Shown here one piece after another: positions 1-13,660 of a DNA stretch of 64,000 bases. Source of the stretch: Felis catus (taxonomy: Eukaryota); the NCBI RefSeq assembly GCF_018350175.1, contig NC_058368.1, forward strand, positions 88,476,001-88,540,000. Direction: 5' to 3'. Position 1 is the stretch's first letter. The number at the start of each line of letters is the position of its first letter. The position numbers and the translations under genes are program-made. The notes under the pieces were generated by a model. It had not been told where the DNA came from. It was given only the letters and a program-made list of their open reading frames with translations, and made no database searches.

Positions 1-115
1 ATTATACAGTTTATGATGTCCACAAAGTTGTTTTAAAATGTTTGTATGGAGATATTTTCAGAGCATTTCATTTAATATGAGGATATCCTCCCACACCATT
101 AAAAATCCTCCAATA

Positions 116-320
116 GGGGTGCCTGGGTGGCTCAGTCAGTTAACGGTCTGACTCTTGATTGATTTCAGCTCTGGTCATGATCTCAGGGTTGTGAGTGATT
201 CCTGTGTAAGCCTCTGCACTGACAGCTCAGAGCGTGCTTGGGATTCTCTCTCTCCCTCTCTCTCCCCTCACCAACTGTCACACACTCACTCTCTCTGAAG
301 ATAAATAAATGAACATATGT
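116..320 (+). mobile_element. Carnivore tRNA-derived SINE (SINEC/Can-SINE)
   Basis: Starts GGGGTGCCTGGGTGGCTCAGTCAGTTAA, has a CT-rich tract and A-rich tail; imperfect TSD aaaaatcctccaat (101) / aaaaatgtcccaat (321). Confidence 0.92.
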
Positions 321-1224
321 AAAAATGTCCCAATTAAAAAATATGCTGATATTTCCAGCATCAGAATACTTTGTAAAATGTCACTGAATAATTTTGCAAT
401 TATTTATTATGGTATTTGCCCTACATGTAGGCATAATTATTTTACCCAAATAATGTGATACAGGGATTAAAATATTTAGCTGTACTACTTATTCTATTTA
501 TTCTTCTATTGAAAGGAGTACTCACCTTTGTTCTCAATGAAGATATTTTGAGAGTGAGTGTTCTTGGGTGAAACTCAGAATGTCATTGCTGAGGTAAAAA
601 AAAATGTTCTATAATCACATGATATATGGGATTTTATAAAGCAGTAATTGCACATTCGGTTAAATGGCTGTTTCCAAATGTTTATTATGTGACAAATTTA
701 TCTTCAAAGTCAGAAACAAAAAACTAATAGTTGCCACAAATATATATCTATACCGCAGAACACTTGGGTTATGCTGTCATATTAGGCCCTAGAGACTAGG
801 CCTGATCTATTAGGCTATATTGCCTTAAAGGCACATTGATATCCAAATTGTAGGGATCATAGTCCAGTGTCAGTAAAGGAACATTTGGCTGTTGGCCACT
901 AGTATGTATGTATAATTACTTACTTAATGTATATGAATTTTAAAGATATAAGACATGTATCCCCCCAAAAGAGATAACAAATTATATTCAATAAAATTAT
1001 ATATATATAACTTTTAATATTTTACCAGCTTATGGAATATATGGCTGACCACCTCTAAGTCATGCCTGCTTTCTGTAAATGGCTATCACATACTGAAAAG
1101 GTGTATTTCTGCTGAGTAGATACATAATGTTCTCTGCCATCCCCCCACCGTGACACTCTCGATGGTTTTGGTGTTGAGCCTAGACAAGAAATTACCATGT
1201 TTGCCATAGGTTTGAGTTGGAGAA

Positions 1225-1320
1225 TCAAGTGTAAGACATTCAGTTAAATTTAATTATCAGAAAAATGATGAATAATTATTTTAGTAGATGTATGTACCAA
1301 CTATTGCATACACACATTAA
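1225..1320. mobile_element. Probable hAT-Charlie MITE fragment (MER33/MER3-like)
   Basis: ttcagttaaatttaattatcagaaaaatgatgaataattattttagt resembles the MER33 core as recalled. Confidence 0.45.
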
Positions 1321-3280
1321 ATGCATGTATGCAAGTAATATATAGTGGTCCAAAAAAGTCACTGCCACTTTTCTGAATTTCAGTTCCTGCATCCTGTGAT
1401 TATATTCAATAAATCTGAAAAACTTACCAAGGAAAAATAATGGGATTTGGAAGACATGGATTCTATCTGTAGAAATGAAATATTTAAAAAATATGTATAT
1501 TTGATTGGTGAGTACATAAAAAGGAACTTGGTCTTAGCACAAATATTGAAAACCTCTAAATCTAAATGCACATCTCAGTACTCAGTCTGAAGAGAGATAA
1601 TTAGTTCTTCCTGGGGTTGAGGGTGCAAACACTAAACAGTCCTGGAAGACGGATAAGGCAGATGAAGTTCACTCTAATGTGTATGCTCTTACTTGAGGGT
1701 ATTTTGAATATTTTAAGCCAAAATCATGTACATAATCATAGATAATGGTGAGTAAATATCACCCTTAAATAAACCTGGCACAAACACCCATCATAAGTTC
1801 TTTGGACTGACATCAAATGTCTGAAATAATAAGGGGAAATGAAAGGAAGAAATCATTTGCAACAACCCAAGTGATATTTCTCAGTAGATTATGTTATATA
1901 GGAGAAAATAAAGTTTTATAAAATGTATTTCCTTACCATTATAAAAAATCTTTCATTCGAAGTTCTATTATCCAATAAATTATATAATATTTATACAGTG
2001 CTTTCTAGACTGCCACATGCACGTGCGCGCATGCACACACACACACGCATACTGTATAATCTATATGAAAAAAATCACATCCCATCTTCTTTTGTATTAT
2101 TGTTTCAGTCAATAGCATCATATTTCTCCTTAGTTTTACCATACTTTTAAAAATGAACCACAAAACCTATGTCTAGTTATTTATAGCTTAAAGTCCTTAT
2201 GACAATTGTAAGTGAAAAGGTGCAGGTAAGTTGGTTGGTTCAGTAGTGATAGTGACACCATGAGAAACAGAGCTGAAAATTTGAAAAATTAAAAAAAGAA
2301 CAATTTTTGGAAAAGAACATGTTTTTGTAAAAGGTACTAATGTCAAAATAATTAGTATGCTAATCATCAGATACCATTAAGTAACTGGAAAGCATCTGCT
2401 GCTTTCTGGCAATTGAAAGAGTACAGGGTGCAGAGGGAAACATGATGAATGATGACAAAGATATCATTCTTTTAAGCTATTTAATTCTCTGAAATCCTGG
2501 AGAAAGGAATAAGCAAGCAAAGTGAGAAAAAGTAAAATGCATTCAAATTTGAAATGGAACATGATATGCACACAAATGTCATTCTATAAGTATATAATTG
2601 TATACTCTAATAACATTAATTAAATTCACCTTTAACCTGGAAATAACAACTGATGGTAGTTATAATTCAATAAGTTGTAAGACTGAAACTATGAATATTC
2701 TAATATTTCAACCAAAAATCATGCCTCATCTCACCTCCCTTCTGAGTCTTGAACACTTACTGCTAATGAAGCTGAGAAATAGTCACTTCCTCAAATGAGA
2801 CTTTAGAGTGAGACTGTTTGTGAGAGATGGGACAAGAAGAAGTTATAGAGAAGGGATGTTCTCAGCTCATCTCCCCCATGTCCATAAGTGTCATTTCACC
2901 TGTAGAAGCAGTACAGCCTTAGCTTTGGGATTTGTAGGAGGGGCAGACACTATAGGGAAAAGTGAAATCTCCTACTTCCTGGATAATAATGGAAACATCT
3001 GGGTTCCAAATTTCTACATGTAAGATCATTTCCCTAGATAACCTTTCTAGGAGTTGTATGGTTTCAGCATCGGAAAGACCCAAAGTCTTTCAATAATGTT
3101 AATTTCAAATAACCAGAACACAGCAGCAGATTGTCCAACGTAACTGATGGTTGAAAAGTTTTGGCAGTCTTCACATATATTCTAAATTGGTCTCAAGTTC
3201 CTAGCTAGGTGATACAGCACAATTGTGGGAATGAGTAGTGTCTCCTCCATTTAATTTGGGTGAATTAATTATTTCTGTAA

Positions 3281-3458
3281 CTTTTATTTATTTATTTTTA
3301 AGAGTGAGAGAAAGGAGGGGCATAGAGAGAGGGAGAGAGAGAATCCCAAGTATGCAGCAGAGTGCCTGATGCAGGGCTTGGTCTCACAAACTGTGAAATC
3401 AAGACCTGAGCTGAAGTAAAGAGTTGGACACTTAACTGACTGAGCCACCGCAGTGTCC
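3281..3458 (-). mobile_element. SINEC
   Basis: T-rich tail and (GA)n on +, ending ttaactgactgagccacc (reverse complement of the SINE 5' end). Confidence 0.88.
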
Positions 3459-3924
3459 TGAAGTAATCCTTTTATAGGGATTTCACCACTCTGCCAGGGC
3501 AGCTGTATGGTGAGAAATTTGTAGCCTGCTTTCTAACAGCCTCCTCCACCTGTTTGGTCAGTTGTACTTAGTAAATGTTAAAAGTGAATCTCCATTCAAG
3601 CAGCATTTAGGGTTGAGGTATACACTCTCCTCGCCAAAGTATCTTGTTTGACACAAACTTGTAGGCTCTTGTGGCGGACTATTCTGTCACTCCCAACTCC
3701 AAGTCCCTTCAGTTGTTTCTTCTCATCTTATTTCACACAGTCAGCAATAAGGAAACAACTCTAGAATCTTACCACGTGTTTGTTTTTGTAATACCCATCA
3801 AGAACAACTTCTTATAACTAAGTTTAATCTTAATCCTTATCAATATTGCTGTTTTTGTGGCCCATTTTCACTATCAAAAAACATCTGATATTGGGATAGT
3901 TTTTTAAATAATCCAATAACAAGG

Positions 3925-4090
3925 CTGCATCTGCGTGATTCCAACTACAAGACCTCTGGGAAAAGCAAAACTGCAGAGAAAACAATAGGATCAGTGGTTG
4001 GAAAAGGAGAGAGGGGAATATTTTGAATACAGAGGACTTTTAGAATCTGTAATTCTATAAAGATCCATACAACTCAATATACTTTTTTTC

Positions 4091-4134
<44 letters not shown>

Positions 4135-4350
4135 ACACTAAGAATGAACAATAATGTAACCTCTGGACTTTTGTTGATTATAATGTATCAGTGTAGGTTT
4201 ATCTATTGGAAATAATGTACCACTCTGGTAGAGTATGTGGGTTCTGGTGGAAGCTGCATGTGTGGAAGCAGAAAGTATATTGAAAATCTCTATACCTTAC
4301 CCTTATTTTTTCTGTGAATATAAATGACTGTTCAAATATAAAATATAAAG
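3925..4350 (+). mobile_element. Ancient L1M 3' UTR fragment containing (CA)n at ~4093-4131
   Basis: attccaactac...ggaaaagcaaaactgcagag...gatcagtggttg is typical of old L1MB/MC 3' ends. Confidence 0.6.
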
Positions 4351-4505
4351 CCATTAAAATCTAACATTTATTGCACAATGAGAATGAAGGGGAAGTCTCT
4401 CCATCTGCCACTTGAGGGTGTACCAGGCCACAAATGAAAGACCCGGCATTTCCTGGTTGTGAAATTCAACAAAAATCTACTATTTTTTTTTTGTTAAATG
4501 GATGC

Positions 4506-4554
4506 ATTTTTAATTTTTTTAATATGAAATTTATTGTCAAATTGGTTTCCATAC
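4506..4554 (-). mobile_element. Very short young L1 3'-end fragment
   Basis: atatgaaatttattgtcaaattggtttccatac is the reverse complement of the 3' end of the young L1 at ~37621-37653. Confidence 0.8.
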
Positions 4555-6012
4555 ACTAATAATATAAACTAAAAGAAAAAAAAGACAATATCAATGAAAT
4601 CAAGAGGTTGTTCTTTGAAAAAATAAGCACAACTGAAAAAAACAAAACAAAAACTTCAGCCAGACTGTAAAAAGAAGACTCGAAAAAATAAAATCAGGTG
4701 GCTCAGTTGGTTGAACATCAGACTTTGGCTCAGGTAATGGTCTTTATGGTTTGTGAGTCTGAGCCTCACATTGGTTGCTGCTGTCAGTGCAGAGCCCACT
4801 TTGGATCCTCTGTTACCCCCCTTCTTCTACCCTGGTCACTGTCTCTTTCAAAACTAAATTAAACATTAAAAAAGAAATAAAATAAGTCAAGAAGCTAAAA
4901 TAACAACAGAATCACTTAAGTGCAAAGAAATATAAAATAATATAGGGACAAATTATATGCTAATAACTAGACAAACTAGAAGGAATAGATAAATTGGAAA
5001 ATAGAAAATTGGAACAGACTGTTTACCAGTAATAAAGTTGAATCAGTAATCAAAAATCACCCAAGCAAAGCAAAGTCCAGGTTCAGATGGCTTCACAGGG
5101 GAATTCTATCAAACACTTAAAAAAAAAGTTAATAACTATTCTCAATCTACTAAACGAAAATAGAGCATAAATGAAAACTTTCAAATTGATTTCAAAAGGC
5201 CAGTATTACACAGATATGAAAACCATTATATGCAAGTATTCCTCAACAGGTTTTACCAAAACATATTCAATATTAAATTTTAAAAATCATTAGCTGCTTT
5301 CCACTTTAACTTATTTTAGTGATGCATTGGTGTTTCCAACTTCAATGTGATAAATGACATTAAAATCATGAAGGGTAAAAACCATATATTCATCTCTATA
5401 GATGTAGAAAAAGCATTTGACAAAATACAATACCTATTCATTATAATAAGGCACAACAAAATGAATTTAGAAAGAACATACCTCAACATGAAAAAGGCCA
5501 TATGAGAAAATCAGAGTGGTAATATCATACTCAATGTTGAAAAAGTGAAAACCTTTACACCAAGATCAGGAAGGAAGCACAAATATCCAGTTTCACCACT
5601 TCTGTGTAAACTAGTACCAAAAGTGGTAACCACAGTAATAAGAAAAGAATCAGATAGAAATGTCATCCAAATTTGTAAGGAGTAACGAAAAATTGCAATT
5701 TTCAGATGACATGACACTATATATAAAAACCTTAATGAATCCATCTAAAAATTATTAGAACTGAAAATGTATGCATAAAAATGTAGATATGCCACTAATA
5801 TGCAGGAATATGTTGCATTTTTTACACTCATAATGATGTAGCTGAAAGAAGAGAATTTAAAATTGAATTGAAAAATATTAGAACTGAAAAATAATTCAGT
5901 AAAGTTATAGAATAAACAATTAATATACAGAAATGTGTTGTATTTCCATACACTCGTAATGATGTAGCAGAAAGAAAACAAACAAAAAAACAAACATTTA
6001 CAATTATACCAA
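4555..6012 (+). mobile_element. Decayed L1 ORF2 fragment (linker/RT), interrupted by a SINE
   Basis: Motifs like SPG.DGFTGEFYQT (~5075) and [13 protein letters not shown] (~5390); many stops. Confidence 0.85.
4697..4880 (+). mobile_element. SINEC (5'-clipped)
   Basis: ggtggctcagttggttgaacatcagactttggctcagg ... A-rich tail. Confidence 0.85.
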
Positions 6013-6014
6013 AA

Positions 6015-9000
6015 AGAAATTATAGCTGAAGACATTCCTAATCTGAGACATCCAAATTCAAGAGGCACAGAGAAGTCCCAACAAAATCAACAAAAGCAGG
6101 TAAACACCAAGACATATCAGAGTAGAAATGGTAAAATATAGAGATAATGAAAACATCCTAAAAGCAGCAATAGAAAAGAAGTCCCTAACTTATGAGGGAA
6201 GACAAATAATAGCAGAAGACCTCCCCACAGAAACTGGGCCAACTGGAGTGGCATGATATATTCAACATGCTGAATGGGAAAAATATGCAGCCAAGAATAC
6301 TCTATCCACCAACGCTGTCAATCAGAATAGAAGGAGAGATAATGATTTTCCTAGACAAAAAAGTTAAAGTAGCTGGTGACCAGTAAACCAACACTGAAAT
6401 AAACATTAAAGGGGACACTTTGAGTAAGGAATACCAAATACGACAAAGACTAGAAAGAAACAGAGAAACTCTGCAGAAACAATGACAAAACAGGTGATAA
6501 AATGGCACTGAATTCAGATCTATCAGCAATCACTGTGATTGTAAATACAATACATGCTTCAATCAAAAGACATAGGGTGTTAGAATGAGTAAGAAACAAC
6601 ACCAAAGGGTATGTTGCCTACAAGACATTCATTTTATACCTAAAGACACCTGAAGATTGAAAGTGAGGGGCTAGAGAGCATTTATCATGCAAATAGATGT
6701 GAAGAGAAAGCCAGAGTAGCAATACTGCTATCAGAGAAACAAGATTATAAACCGAGACTGTAAGAAGAGATGAAATACAACACTATAACATACTAAAGAA
6801 GTCTAATTAAAAAGAAAATCCAAAAATTGTAAACATCTGTGCCCCCAATTTGAAAGAACTAAAATGCATAAAACAATTAATAACAATCATAAGATAACTC
6901 AATGACAATACTACAAAAATAGGAAGAGATTTTAACACCCCAAGTATGACAATGGACAGATAATCTAAGCAGAAAGTTAACAAGGTAGCAATGCCTTTGA
7001 AGGAGACCCTGGACAAAATGGATTTAACAGGTATATTCAGAACATTCCATCCTCAAACATTCTTTTTGAGGGCACATGGGGCATTTTCCCGAATAGATAA
7101 CATACTAGGTCACAAAACATGTTAACAAGTACTAAATATTGAGATCATACCATGCATATTTTCCAAGCACGACATATGAAGTTTGAAGTCAAACACAAGT
7201 AAAAATTTGGAAAGACCACAATTACATGAAGGTTAAACAACATTCTATGAAAGAATGACTGGGTCAACCAGGAAATTACAACAGAAATTTTTAAAAATAC
7301 ATGGAAACAAATGATGATGAAAGCACAACAGTCCAAAATATTTGGGATGGTGCAAAAGCAGTCATAAAAGTGAGTATTTGGCAATACAGGCCTACCTCAA
7401 GAAGCAAGGAAAATCTTGAGTACACGACTTAAAGTTACACCTAACGAGTGAGAAAAAGAGCCACAAACTCAGCCTAAAGCCAGCATAAGGGAAATAATGA
7501 AAACTAGAGCAGAAATCATTGACATAGTGGCTCCTAGATGGCCTCATCGGTTAAGCAATCCGACTTCGTCTCAGGTCACGATCTCACAGATGCTGAATTC
7601 AGGCCCCATGTTAGTATCTGTGCTGACAGTTCAGAGTCTGGGGCCTGCTTCAGATTCTGTGTCTCCGTCTCTCTGCCCCTCCCCCACTCGTGCTCTGCCT
7701 TTCAAAAATAAATAAACGTTAAAAAAATAGAAATAGGTGACATAGAAACAAACAAAGAGAAAGACATTGTAGAGCAGATCAATGAAACCAGAGCTGGTTC
7801 TTTGAAAGAATTAATAAAATTGATAAACACCCTTCAAGGCTTCTAAAAAGAAAAGAGAAAGAAACCAAATAAGTAAAATCATGAATGAGTGAGCAGAGAT
7901 CACAATCAACATCAAGAAATACAAAAATGATACAAGAATATTATGAAAAATTAATGCCAAAATTGGGAAATATGGAAGTAATGGATAAGTTCCTAAAAAT
8001 TTACAAGTTACCAACACTGGACAAGAATAAATAGAAAAACAGAATTGACTGATAACCAGCAAAGAAACTGAATCAGTAATCAAAAATATCCCAGCAAACA
8101 AAAATCCTGGACCAGATGGCTTTCCAGGGAATTCTACAAAACATTTAAAGAAACATCAATACCCATTCTTCTCAAAGTGTCCCAAAAATAGAAATGGAAA
8201 CAAAATATTCAAATTAATTTTACAAGCCCATCATTGTAAATCATCTACCTTGATTCCAAAACCAGAAAAAGAGTCCACTAAAAAAGAGAATTGCATGCCA
8301 ATATCCCTAATGAACATGGATGCAAGAGTTCACAAGAAAATACTTGCAAATCTAATCCAACAGTGTATTTAAAGAAATCACTCACCACAATCAAGTGGGT
8401 TTTATTCCTCTACTGCAAAGGTAGTTCAATATTCACACACACAAAAATCACCGTGGTATGACATATTAATAAAGGAAAGGATAAGAACCATATGATCCTC
8501 TCAAAATATGCAGAAAAAATGTTTGGCAAAGTACAGTGTCATTTCTTGATAAAAATACACCATAAAGTGTAGATAAGGAGAATGTACCTCCACAGCACAA
8601 AGGCCATATATGAAAGACCTACAGGTAATATAATCCTCAATGGGGGGAAAAATTGAGAGCGTTTCCTCTATTCAGAAATAAGACAGGGATCTCAACTGTC
8701 ACCACTGGTATTTAACATAGTAATGGAAATCCTAGCCACAGTCATCAGACACCAAAAAGAAATAAGAGGCATCAAAATCAGCGAAGAAGGCAACATTTCA
8801 CTATTTGCAGATGGCGTGACACTCTATGAAGTACAACTGAAAGACCCCACTTAAAAATTGCTAGAATGGATATGTAAATGCAATAAAGGCACAGGATACA
8901 AAATCAATATACGGGAATCTGCTGCAATTCTATACAACAATAATGAAGCAGGAGAGAGAAATCAAGTAATTGATTCCATTTTCAACTGCACCAAGTTCAA

Positions 9001-9740
9001 TAAGATGTCTAAGAATAAACCTACCCAAAGAGGTAAAAGATCTATTGCCTGAGAAATATAAAACACTTGCGAAAGAAATTGATTACACAAAGAAATGGGA
9101 AGCCATTCCATGTTTATGGATTGGAGGAACAAACATTAAAAAGTATCTACAACCGAAAGCAATCTACACATTCAGTGCAATCCCTATTCAAATAACACCA
9201 GTAGTTTTCACAGAGTTAGAACAAACCATCACAAAATTGGTATTGAACCAGAAAAGACTCTGAATAGCCACAGTTATGATGAAAAAAAAAAAAACAAACC
9301 AAAGCTGGAGGCATCACAATTTGGGATTTCCAGCTGCATTGCAAACCTGTAATCATCAAGACAGTATGGTACTTACACAAAAAAAGAAACATGGAACAAA
9401 ATAGAGAATGCAAAAATGGACCCACAAATCTCTGGCCAACCTAATTTTCACAAAGCAGCAAAGAGTATCCAATGGAAAGAAGACAGTTTCTTTAGCAAAT
9501 GGTACTGGGAAAACTGGAGAGTGACATGCAGAAGAGTGAACCTGGACCACTTTCTTACACCATACACAACAATAAATTCAAAATGGATGAAAGACCTAAA
9601 TGTGAGGCAGGAAACCATAAAACTCCTTCAGGAGTAAAGAGGCAGCAAACTCTTTGACCTCGGCCACATCAACTTCTAAGTAGACATGGCTCGGGAGGCA
9701 AGGGAAATAGAAGCAGAAATAAACAATTGGGACCTTATCA
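6015..9740 (+). mobile_element. Decayed carnivore L1 (ORF1 C-terminal part through most of ORF2), cut at 9740
   Basis: ORF1, EN and RT motifs; ORF track fragments such as [24 protein letters not shown]; ends abruptly with no 3' UTR or poly(A). Confidence 0.92.
7527..7728 (+). mobile_element. SINEC_Fc-type SINE nested in L1
   Basis: SINE body with aaaaataaataaacgttaaaaaaa tail; TSD agaaatcattgacatag / agaaataggtgacatag. Confidence 0.9.
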
Positions 9741-11207
9741 GGATCCAAAATAAAAAGATATAGAACCATAACTATGTTTAAAATAAATATGGTCATGTTC
9801 TTTTCTTCAAGATTCTTGGCTTCATTTACTAAATGCCAGCCATGGTTCTGGGCACTGCAAAAAAATAAGATAATTCTGTTTAGGGGATCACATGCTAGCA
9901 GAGTAAAATACATTGTATTATTTGTCCCCATTTGTTCACCTTTCCTTCCTGGCCATCGTCCTCCATGTGGACCACATTTACTTTTCTTTCAGAATGGGCT
10001 TGACAGTATGCCTTGCTTTGGCCTATGGTATGTGAATGGCCTTGTTGCCAAAAGAGACCTTAAACATCCAGATTTTGGAGTCAAGTTTTGCCACAAACTG
10101 GTTGTGAGGTCTTGGGTCAGAATGGTCTATGCAGAAATACCTGTGTGCATACACTCTGCTTCTGTTTTCCTTTCTAACAGAATGGCACCCACCTCAACAA
10201 CTGGTCTTGAGTCCTAGAGGAGTCAATGTGTGTGAAAAACGTTGATTAGGATGCCCAGGTTTTGCTGAGTGTTACCTCCCTCTAGTTCTCTGCCACTGTC
10301 TCAGAGACATGGAGACCCCGCCCACCATCTCGAGAAGGCAGTGACTAGTGTGGGGCCGTGGTGACTGTGATTCTGAGCTGTGCATCACAAACACCAGGAA
10401 ACTCTTCTTTTGCATTCAAACACAACTATTTATTTAAAACTGGTAGACATCCTGAAGGCTATGCCACTCCCACTCCAAGAGGTGACCCACATACCAGTCC
10501 AACTTCCCTTTTATGTCCTCCTAGGGCGACTATGTGTGGTGACCTCTTCCTTTTGAAAATGTGGCCTGGAAGGCAAAAATCCCAAGGAAGCCCTGAATTT
10601 GGACAGAGAGGTCCTGAACTCCAGGAATCTAAGCCGGCCCCTGATTGGCCCACTGCCCAGGAGGTTGGCAGGACCCATCTTTGGGCTGGGGTAGCTCAGT
10701 CTATGACTCGTCTTTCTTAAGGCCTGGGTCTCCTCACTTGCTCCCAATTCCCTCCTCATGTTGGATCATGTCCAGGGACCTGATGCTCTGGCAAGTTCTT
10801 TCAGTCTCGTCCTTCGGCTACACCAAATTTAAACACAGATTTTTCATACTTTGATGTACTTCCACATATATTGTGAGGGAATTCTTCAACTCAAACTCTT
10901 TCTCAGAGAGTTATTTATCACTACCCCTACTGTTGTTAAAAGCCATTTGCATAAATTTGAGCTTTGTACCCAATACTCTGAAAGCTGTATCTATGGCTTT
11001 CCTTCCCCAGGACAGTTTCTGAGCATCAGGTTTTTCTCTTGTTCTTAGTCATGGCAGCCTTTGCTCACTCAGGAGAGAATTCCCCAAGATATAAAGGCTC
11101 CCCAAATGTTATGTTACTAGAATTCTGACTAAAGTTGGCCCCAGACCTGCAGGTCATGGACCCACCAGCATTTGGACACAGTGACCCAAAATGTGTACTG
11201 CACTCTG
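9741..11207 (+). repeat. Segmental duplication unit, copy A (partial)
   Basis: Collinear with 27770-29577 (excluding the L1 insert) and with the reverse complement of ~61290-62746; e.g. gagctgtgcatcacaaacaccaggaaactcttcttttgcatt at ~10376 and ~28743. Confidence 0.95.
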
Positions 11208-11209
11208 TA

Positions 11210-11550
11210 ATAGGTTTGAAACTCTGTGCTAGCATGTGTACTAGCTGTGTTCTAGTATTTGTCCTCAATTGAGTATAGATTGTATGCTATTGTGCATTAG
11301 TGAGTAGTAGTATGTACTGGATGTACTACTGTGTGTACAGATATATGCCAATTTTATACTAGTGTGTGATATAGCTGTATACTTGGATTTATGCAGGCAT
11401 GAGTACTAGCTTGTGTGCTGGTGTGTTCTAGTGAGCAATAAAATGCGCTAGACATCCTTGTGTGATCTAGTGTGTGTGCTAAGTGTGTACTGATGTACAC
11501 CCTTGTGTATACTAGTGTGCACTAATGTGTGTGTGCTAGTGTGTGCTCAT
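11210..11550. repeat. Degenerate TG-rich low-complexity repeat (gtgtgctag / gtactag motifs)
   Basis: Recurring tgtgctagt, gtactag and tgtgtact motifs. Confidence 0.7.
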
Positions 11551-11569
11551 GTGCACAAGGACGAAGAAA

Positions 11570-11690
11570 GGAGGACTGCGTCACAAATACCTTCATGGTA
11601 GCACCCCATGCAGGATGTCCTGTGCACAAATGATGTCATAGAGGACCAGCCAATCAGAATCCTCCTGAGCCTGGGGTCCTCAGGTGAGCG
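11570..11690 (+). promoter_or_regulatory. Possible decayed promoter/first exon
   Basis: CRE-like TGCGTCAC (11577) and TGATGTCA (11631), CCAATCAG (11650), donor-like CAG|GTGAG (11681-11688); GC-rich relative to flanks. Confidence 0.3.
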
Positions 11691-11919
11691 GTGGTGGTTG
11701 GGAGTGAGGGCAGAGTTTGAAAGAGACCCACAGCGCCCCCACAATCCTGGGCCTGGGACCATGCCCACAGCAGGGGTGCTGCATAGTTCCTGTGGTTCTA
11801 CTTCCTGGACTCCCTCCCTTTCACCTCCCGCAGAGACCTGCTACCTGGGCCTGCAGTTACCTGCTTCAGGCGAATTCTTTCTAGGGAACGTTCATGACTT
11901 GTGCTCTGAATTAGCTTTA

Positions 11920-12140
11920 CTATTCAGAAGACCTTGGTTTGAATCCATGCTCTACCATTTGCTGTCTTGGGAAAATTGCTTAATTTGGGTAAGCCGGAGT
12001 TTCATTCTCTACAAAATGACATAGTGGGCAGATCTTGTTAGTGTTGCTGTGGTTTAAATGAGATAATGTGAGTTCAACCTGGGGCACAGTGTTTTAACCT
12101 AAGAATGTGCCCCGTAAGGATCACCACTATTATTATCCTG
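11920..12140 (+). mobile_element. MIR
   Basis: MIR core: ggtttgaatcc...ctctaccatttgctg...gtttcattctctacaaaatg...ttaaatgagataatg. Confidence 0.7.
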
Positions 12141-12199
12141 AATGTCACTAAATATTCGCATTCTCCCAATGTATCTTCTTACACATTGCATAATGGTTT

Positions 12200-12680
12200 T
12201 GTTTGGTTTTAATTGAGATATAAATGATGTATAACATTTGTTTTAGGTGTACAACAGCATAATTATTTACTATTTGTATATAGTGTGAAAATATCAACAG
12301 AATACATGTTAGTATTCATCATAATGCATGTTTACAATTTTTCTTGTAGTAGAAATAAACTTTTAGCAACTTTCAAATAGACAAGATCATTAGCTATAGT
12401 TACCCTGCTGCACATTACATGCCCAGGAATCATGTATCTCGTACCTGGAAGTTTCTACTTTTTGACCACCTTCTGCCATTTTTTCCACCTCCTTACCCCT
12501 CTTCAGGGAACTATTAACATATTCTTTGTGTCTATGAGCTTTTTATTCTTTATAAGATTCCACATATAAGTGATCATGTGTATTTGCCTCTGGTTTATTT
12601 CTGTCCTTTAGCACAATGACATCAAGGTCAATCCATGTTGACACAAATGGCCACATTTCATTCTTTTCATGGATAAATAG

Positions 12681-12726
<46 letters not shown>

Positions 12727-13660
12727 TGTTTCCTGTACCCATTCATCCATCTATGGTCTCATAGGCTGTTTCTAGCTGTTGGCTAGTGTAAATAATGGTG
12801 CAGTGAATATGAGTGTTGGTATATCATTTAGGATTTGTGTTTTTGTTTCCTTCAGATAAATACCCAGAAGTGAATTGCTGGATTGTATGGTAGTTCTATT
12901 TTTAATTTTTTTGAGGAACCTCCGTGTTGTTTTCCAGAGGGGTCGGCACCAAGTTACATTTCCACCAACAGTGTACAGAAATCCCTTTCCTCCACAGTCT
13001 TGCCAACTCTGTGACAGGGGCGAGGTGATAGCTTTTTGTGGTGTTGATTGTCATTTCCCTGCTGTTTAGTGATTTCAGCACTTTGCATTGCTTCACTGTG
13101 TTGCTACTGAGTTGTCTGAGGTGTATATTATATGTATATGATATTGGCCTTTTCTTCAGACTACTATTTGAATTTTTTCTTCCTTTCAATATGTTGTCTA
13201 TTCATTTTTATTGATTGTTTCCTTAGATGTGAAAATTGTTTAGTTTGACTTAGTCTCACTTATTTATTTTTACATTTATTTCCTTTACTTTTGGTGTCAA
13301 ATCCACCATCAAAAAAATTCATCTCAAAGATCCCAAAATGCTTCCCACCCATGTTTCTTTCTAGCAGTTTTATGATTTCAGGTCTTATGTTTCACTCCTT
13401 ACCACATTTTGAAGTGACTTTTGGGTGTGGTTGAAGATAAGGGTCCAGGTTAATTTTTTTTGCTTGTGGCTGTTGACTCCCCCAGCACCATATATTGAAG
13501 AGAGTTTTCTTTCCCCATTGTATGTCCTTGGCTGCTTCTTTGTAATTTCATTAACCATATGTATGTGCTTTCATTATTGTTCTCTCCATTCCTTTCAAAT
13601 GACCCATGTGTTTATTTTTATGCCAGTACCATGCTGTTTTGTGTACTATCTCTTTGTAAT
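12200..13660 (-). mobile_element. Old L1 (L1MA/L1_Carn-like) 3' UTR and ORF2 end, with (TG)n at ~12684-12725
   Basis: Minus-strand fragments such as [11 protein letters not shown] and NEMWPFVSTWIDL; 3' UTR pattern at 12205. Confidence 0.85.

Noticed and set aside
2800..3920. Possible pseudogene or ancient ERV fragment
   Set aside because: No frame or motif I could recognise
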